A stretch of DNA of 64,000 nt, taken from assembly GCF_009914755.1 (NCBI RefSeq), contig NC_060941.1; one strand, 5' to 3'. Both the position numbers and the translations under genes were made by a program. How positions within the stretch are numbered: position 1 is the first letter of the stretch; each line of letters opens with the position of its first letter. Positions 56,400-64,000 of this stretch are shown here, piece by piece. Source of the DNA: the human T2T-CHM13v2.0 reference genome, Homo sapiens. The notes under the pieces are model-generated. The model was not told the origin of the DNA and searched no databases. It saw only the letters and a list, made by a program, of their open reading frames with translations.

Positions 56400-56880
56400 A
56401 TGCCGTGTCCTCCCCGAAGCCGGCCCTGGGGGGCCACAATTATTAACTGTCTTCAGGCGGTCATGGGGAGCAGCTGGCCTCCGGGGCTCCCACAGCCTCC
56501 CGCTTAACGAGGGTTTCACCGGCAGCAGCTGACACTGTCCTCTCTCTTGCTTTTTCCTTTCCCTAATAGTCTCTCATGAAGGACCTCATCAAAAGCTTTT
56601 TGAAAACACAGGTAAATTATGTCCACTGGGCTGCCAGAAGGACTGCCACTTTATTAACTTTTTAGAGCACTCTGGAGAGTTAGAGAGTCTGATTTCCTTT
56701 TAGATATGTGTAGCAGTTTGACCTTATTACCCCTGGGCACGCGGGTCTGTAATTTCCAGGGTCTCCCAGGCTGATGTTAGCGACTTTCCAATTTCCAGAA
56801 AGGGCTTAGTTTCCGAATGCCTTTCAAGATCACTGCTATTTTATACTTTCTAATTCCATTAGGTGAATTCTCTCCCATTC
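56400..56880 (-). mobile_element. CR1/L3-family RT fossil
   Basis: 56629-56561 translates PVDIIYLCFQKAFDEVLHERLLG (CR1 consensus VD.IYLDFQKAFDKVPH.RLL). Downstream KTVNNCGPQG resembles V.SGVPQG. Confidence 0.8.
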
Positions 56881-57624
56881 CGGAGATTTAGTGGGCTGGG
56901 ATTTTGCAGGTAAGCTTACAACCTGCTTCCTGAGAGCCTGCGGCTGGGCAGGCCTGCCAACTCTGGGCAGGTCGTGTCTACCGCCAGCTCCAGGTGACTT
57001 TGGACAGGTGGCTCAGAACTGGCTTGGGGAGGGGGCCCCCACAGAGCTCAGGTCAAGAAGGCTCATGGCACAGCATCCAGACTACTTAGGCAGCAGGAAT
57101 TTAAATTTATACAAACACTGTGTAAATCCATTCCCGCTGTAACAGACCTAGACCAGAGCTGACTTTTCCCAGAGGGCCGCTCACCCGGACCGGGCAGGTG
57201 AGACTGTCTGCTCCAGCCTTCCCGCCCCTCTCAGCCTTCTCTGGGCATTGCCCTGCCCTCCTTCCTTTGATTCCAATGGGAAAAGACCCTGGTTATAGCA
57301 GCCTGTTCTCCCATGGCAGAAACAACCTTGAATGAAGTGAGCAAGTTTCCTGTCTGGCCTGGCCTCCATCCCCAGCTGATGTGGGAGCCTGGACTTCTTG
57401 GCATATTCCCCTTGAGGACATTTCAGCCCCTTGAAGGGAAGTGTCCTCATCCTCGTGGTCCAGGCACCTTCTCACCTTGTTTGCTTCAGCTTCTGATTTA
57501 CCTGCTGAAGTCAGTGCTCCGCCCGCCCATCTCATCCAGCTGTGCTTTCTGTGTTCTGTTGGGACTATTCCTTTTCTTAGGGGGTATTATTCGGAACTGG
57601 GTTGGAATTGTTTGCTAAGTTTCT

Positions 57625-58310
57625 GTGTTCTGTGATTTGACTTTCAGGAGGGCTGTTACTGGGCCGGGTTCCCAATGCGGAGCTCCCAAAGTGCTTGGAA
57701 TTTCCCGTGTGCCAGGACGGTCTTTAGAAAGTTATGAGATGACTCTTGGTGGCCCCTAGATAAGATAGCTTCAGAATGGGAGCTGGCCCCAGAGACACCA
57801 ACTTTGTGATTAGAGGGCTGGGACTTCAGACTGGCTCAACCTCAGGAGAGGGGAGGGGGCTGGAGATGGAGTTCAATCAGGTGTCCAGTAATGTCATCAA
57901 TCATTCCTACATAATGAAATCCTGATGGAGAAAGCTCTGGGCCCCTAAGTGTGGTGGAGCTTCCTGCTTGGCGAACACGTGGGTGTGCCCGGAGAGTGAT
58001 GGGGTGAGGGCATAGGAGCTCCGCGCTCCTGCTCAGACCTCACCCTCCCTGGATCCTTTATAACAAAACTGGAATCATTTGCATGCCACTTTCTTGAGTT
58101 CTGTGAGATGTTCTAGCAATGACTGAACCTGAGGCGGTCATGGGAACCCCAGAATTTGCAGCTGGCTGGTCAGAAGGTGGGTCCTGAAACCAGGAGCTGG
58201 CTTGGAAGTTAGGGTGGTCTTGTGGGGGACTTTGCCCTGCACCTTGGAGTCTGAGGCTGACTCTGAGCAGTGAGTGGCAGAATTGCACTGAAGCCCACCC
58301 ACTTGGGGTG
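57625..58310 (+). mobile_element. MER21-family ERVL solo LTR
   Basis: gatagcttcagaatgggagctgg..gtgattagagggctgg..ggagttcaatca..tgagttctgtgag..ttctagcaa. Confidence 0.82.
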
Positions 58311-58533
58311 GGGGCAAGGGGGCATCACACCAGATGCAGACCTTGCTGGCTCTGGGCCCTGTGCCATCTCTCAGCCTCGGTTGGGGAGTCATACTCTTTG
58401 GCGGGTCGCTGAAACTTTAGGGCCTTCAGTGCCTCCCCTTCAAGCTGATGGTGATGGGATGGATGATCTCCAAGTTCTGTCCAGTCCTGAAATGCTGTGA
58501 CCCCGAGCCAAGATGCCCATGTCACTCTCTCTC

Positions 58534-59002
<469 letters not shown>

Positions 59003-60089
59003 TAGGAACGCGCAAGGCAGAGAGAAAAGGACGGGAAGGAGGTGTCTCTCCAGCCTAACTCTTGATGGCTCTGGGCTCTATCCACACGATTTCTAAAATG
59101 CCTTCCACTTTTTATACCCCCACTATAGAATTCAACCTGCACATGTCAAAAATGTCCTCGGTCTCTGCAAATTTTCCCCTTCTCCAGGGAGTTTTCACCT
59201 CTTTCAACCCTCCGCATCATCCGTTGTCTCTCCCATCTCCTGGAGGCGGAGTAGATGCGTTTCCTGGCTGCCGTGAGGGGCAAGCAGGGAGAGTGGCTTC
59301 TCGTCTGCGAGTCTGCGAGGGTGTCCCCTGTGGGGAGCATCTGCTCAGGACTGGCGGGTTGCAGACCATCTAGCCAGACCCTGGCCACCCTCAGGTTGCC
59401 TCTGTAACCGTCCCAGTGTTTCCCAGCCCACCTCGCCTCACCTCCCATTTCATTCCAGAAACTGCCCCTACTCAAAAGTTCTCCCCTGGGCATGACCGAC
59501 ATTGCCTCTTGATGGCTTCCCCATGGGTCTGAGTACCACACTCCTGACCACAGAGGCCAAGCTCAGCCCCTTCCTCCAAGACAGACCTTCTGGCCCTTCC
59601 TCAGCTGGGGTGCTGCTAACTCTCCCGCTGCGGGTGGGGACGTCTCTTCTGCCCTCTGAGCTCCAGCCACAGTTCCCAGGCCAGTCCTCTGCCATCTTCA
59701 TGGGAAAAGGAAGCTGATCTTCTCCTTTGTGACCCCAAGCCCCTGGCCTGCACATCCTCCTGGACTCCCTTCCCCCAGGAAAAGCCACACTCATGCCCTG
59801 GCTGACTCCAGCCCCCGTGTGATGACCCATGGCTCTGGCATCCCTCCCGCTCCCTGACTTCCCACACCTTCACTCCGCTCCCCATCTGTCCCTCTCCAGT
59901 AGCCCCCGGACCTCATCCCAACCTGTGCTGCCCGCTGCCTGCCACCCTCTTTCCTCTTTCTCTCATTCCTGTTCCTTCCTCCCACAGAGGACATTGGTCC
60001 TGGGCCTAATTAGGACAGCTCAGCCATTGCTCCCTGAAACGTCTCCCTCTCACCCCCTTGTCTTCACACGCCTCCTTGTCCAGCTTAGC

Positions 60090-60520
60090 TGTTGTACTGG
60101 GGTGTCCCCCCAAATTCATGTCTACCTAAAGCCTCAGAATGTGACCTCATTTGGAAATAGGATCTTTGCAGTTAGCTAAGATCAGGTCAGACTGGACTGG
60201 GGTGGGCTTTACATCCAATCACTGGGGTCCTTCTGAGAAGGGGAGATGCGGACACAAAAGATAGAGACGTGCAGGCACACGCCAGGAAGAAGGCATGGGA
60301 GGGCTGAGGCAGAGATCGCAGTGATGCTGTCCCCGCCAAGTAATGCCCGGGGTCCCAGGAGCTGGAAGAGGCCAGGATGGATCCTCCCTTAGAGCCTTCA
60401 GAGAAAATGCAGCCCTGCCCACACCCTGACTTCAGAGTCCTGGCCTCCAGAACTGGGAGAGGAGGCATTTCTGCTGTTGAAGCTGGGTAGTTTATTACGG
60501 TGGCCCCAGGAAACTCACAC
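60090..60520 (+). mobile_element. MLT1B-like LTR
   Basis: ccccaaattcatgtc..cctcagaatgtgacctcatttggaaatagg..ggcctccagaactg. Confidence 0.88.
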
Positions 60521-60899
60521 AGACGCCAGGACTCAACCATCCAAGAAGTCACAGGTCACTGTCCAGGACTCCTCGCAGGCAGCAGGTGCTCAATGAATAT
60601 TGGCCCTTCCCACTCCTGCCTCTGAGAGCTGTGGGAAAAAATTCCCCCCTTGAGGATCACTACCCTATAAACACACCTTCTCTATTGTCACCTGGCCCTC
60701 TGGATCCTCCTCCCCGTCTCCCTGGGGATCGTCCCATCCACACCTTCTCTGTTCTCCCCTACCTGACTTTCTGCCGGTGACCTCCCCTCCTGTTCCACTG
60801 TCAGCTCCCTGCACCCCCCACCTCTTTTCTCCTGGCGGGGCCTGGGTCTTTCCTCTCCCTTGTCTGTCACTGTCCTCTCTCCAGTGTCAACACCCTGTC

Positions 60900-61750
60900 T
60901 TTCCTTGCCATTAGCATTTAAATGCTGGGTTCCTTTCCATTGTAAACATCATCACAAGCAAGCCTTCCAGCAAGGTGAGCCCCACCACTGCCCTCATCCA
61001 CCTGCAAACTCTCCAGCAAAGTGAGCCCCGCCATTGCCCTTATCCACCTGCCCACACTGCCCCTCCCTGTGCCTGCCCTGCAGCATCTGGGGTGGGGACG
61101 CCACTGCTGCCCTCAGGGCCTCTGCTGCTTCTCCATTCAGCGAGCATCTGTCTGCCTTCTTGGCTTGACCTCTCCCCCTCTGCGAATCACTCCCTTCCTC
61201 CTTCTTGCCACCCTCTCGCTGGTCTTCCGCCTCTGTGGCCACCCTCCTGGTTCTCCTCCGTCCTCCTTCCCTTTGCCATTGGCTCCTCTTCCTCAAAAAT
61301 GTCAGTTTCCATGGAGGAGCATTCCCCGCTCCCTTTTTCCCAACTCCTCTGCCAGGGCCCCCGCCATGGTTTTGAGAACAGCCCTGTGCTGATCACTTCC
61401 AAAGAGAAGTGTGCTGTCCTTGCCTCTCTCCTGAGTTCAGAACCATCTCTCCAGGTGTACTGACCTGTCCACTGGGGTCCCTCAGATACCCAAACCTCTA
61501 AGGCTGATCTCAGTACCCTTCCCTAAAAGCCTCTCCTCCTGCACTCCCCAGCTCAAGAGCGGGCACCCCCTCCCCTGTGTTGCTCAAGCCAAACACCTGT
61601 GACCCATCCACCATGCCTCCCCTTCTCCTGTACCCAGGTCTGTCCTTTCCTATTATTTAATATGGCCACCTCTCTTCTTTCCCTTTGCCACTGGGCAGGA
61701 ACAAGGGCCGCCATTTCTCACTGAGAATAATGCAATGGTGCCAGGCCAGG
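60900..61750 (+). mobile_element. L2 fragments
   Basis: ctcctggttctcctcc..ggctcctcttcctc; gttgctcaagccaaacacct. Confidence 0.6.
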
Positions 61751-61989
61751 ACGCACCACTAAAGGCATCCAAGACTGGTCCCCCTCCAGGTGCAGGGCCT
61801 GCAAAGAGAGCGATGTAGGCAGAGTAAGGAGGGGAAAGAGGCAGTTCTGGCAGCCCTGTTCCTCCTCCATTGGGCCTAGGGGGCAATGTGGGGAAGCCCT
61901 CCTGCTTTAATCCACAAACACACAGAGGGACAACAGGCTTTGCCCACTGGCATGACCATGACAATACCTTGCACAGAGCATGTACTACA

Positions 61990-62090
61990 CGCCATCTTCA
62001 TCCCCATTTTGCAGATAAGGAAATGAGGCCGAGAGGTTCAGTCATTTTCCAATGTTATGCAACAAGATGCTAGGGCTGGATTCAGATTCC
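61990..62090 (-). mobile_element. MIR fragment
   Basis: atccccattttgcagataaggaaatgagg. Confidence 0.75.
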
Positions 62091-62143
62091 TTTTCTTTTT
62101 CTTTCTCTTTCTTTTCTTTTTTGTTTTTTTCTTCTCCAAAGCC

Positions 62144-62620
<477 letters not shown>

Positions 62621-62799
62621 TCATTAGCTGCTCTTTGCGCTGTCCTTCTCCCCGGGCAGGGCTTTCTCCCAGTATCAGGTCCCTCCCAAGGCATGCTGGA
62701 GCCCTCTCTCTGAGGGCAGAGGATGCCTGGGCCATGTTCCTACCACCAAGTCTTTCTTCTGACTTTCCCTTCTCCCACCCCATCTCATTCCAACTGAAA

Positions 62800-62885
62800 G
62801 CTCTGACCCTGCGGCTACTTCCCTGGGTGACCCTGGGCAAATCACCAGACTTCTCTGGACCCCGTTGCCTAATTAAAGACAGTAA
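62800..62885 (+). mobile_element. MIR fragment
   Basis: gggtgaccctgggcaaatcac. Confidence 0.55.
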
Positions 62886-64000
62886 GGACACTGGTCCTAA
62901 AAGGGTACAGAGCCACTGTAGAAAGTATCAGATCCCAGAGAAGAAGCGGATCCTACTCCCAGGACACCATGAGGAGAGTCAGGACCTAGAGGCACAGGAG
63001 TTCCCCGGGGGCTCCCCATGGCTCCAAAGGGTCTAGTCCAGCCAGTGACCGCAAGAACAGAATCCATACCAGCAGCCGGCCACAGAGGGCCGGCCAGTTA
63101 TTCAGCACTGAGCTGGCCCTTCCCGCGGAATATATGTCCTCAAAACAGCCCGCTGGGTGGGCCTGGTTAGGGCCATCTCCCTTTTCGGGGTGGGAACGCC
63201 GAGGCTGAGAGACGACGGAAACTTGTGGAGTCAGGAAAGGGCGAGGGGGAGGGTGGTTAACACCAGCTTTGGGGTGTGTGGGGCTCCCTGCTGGAGAGAA
63301 ACAGTCCAGGCTTAGAGACCAGAAATACACAGGCAGCAGCCGCCGTTGCTATGGGCAGCCACTGGTTACATGGCCTTTGTGGCTGGGGGCGGGGGGCCCT
63401 GCTGATCTCGGGGTTACCTTGAATGAGACCCTCACATCCTGTTTGCAGGAAGACCCAGGCCTCACTGTCTGACTGTCCCTGTGACACATGGCTCATCTGA
63501 GTCCAGGCCTGCATGCAGGTGGCAACACACTGGTGATATTATCACTTAAAATCACAAGATAACGGGAATAACCATCAGCATTTTCTCTCCAGTGGTTGCT
63601 GAGACAAGCCATTCCCCTCTTCTCAGTGTTACACAGGCTGCTGGCCGGCCTGGGGAGCCACATGGCCCCTGCCCACGCGGGGCCACGCAGGTCCCACCTG
63701 GCTGCCTCCCCAGGTGGCCCCTTCGTTTCCTGAGGAGGGGGTAGGGGGTCTCTCCTGTCCTCCTATCAGATCGCTCCAACTGCCCCCTTTGGGGACTTCC
63801 CTGTTGTTGGTGAAATTGTTTAAGTTGGGAGTTTTGCTCAGTTCCAGCTCTGTCATCGCAGATAATTGTGTCACCTGGCACGTGTTCCTGTGTGAGTCAG
63901 TCCTGGGGTGCTGTGGAGGGAGGGCTCTGGATGCAGGAAACTGGGGCTTGAATCCTGCCCTCTTCCTCTCCTGTCCCCTTTCCCAACATCTTTCTCCAGA

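Noticed and set aside
60966-61050. 46-bp imperfect tandem duplication (also an 18-bp duplication at ~46609-46649)
   Set aside because: Ordinary slippage products with no further significance evident.

Overview
This is primate, very likely human, GC-rich nuclear DNA. It is dominated by interspersed repeats: 24 Alu elements or fragments, L1M, L2, MIR, CR1/L3, MaLR/ERVL LTRs and MER DNA transposons. There is no full protein-coding gene, tRNA, rRNA or CRISPR array, and the long ORFs in the track derive from repeats or low-complexity sequence. The window reads as the interior of a large minus-strand gene. The best evidence is a promoter-like region at ~11.3-12.0 kb that ends in ATG-ATG-ATG-TAT-TTT-TGG|GTATGT (MMMYFW plus a phase-0 donor). 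From memory, and unverified, this resembles an alternative N-terminus of RBFOX3/NeuN on 17q25.3. Other notable observations: a 24-nt minus-strand microexon candidate with a consensus donor; a ~200-nt CpG-rich cassette exon candidate; a templated A...B-A'-B' duplication whose endpoint coincides with an AluY target site; a CpG-rich ancient L1 fragment with strong plus-strand splice sites; a well-preserved CR1 reverse-transcriptase fossil; and a 20:4 Alu strand bias. I did not find convincing evidence of a wholly new biological system. Repeat families were assigned by eye from remembered consensus sequences, so boundaries and subfamilies are approximate.
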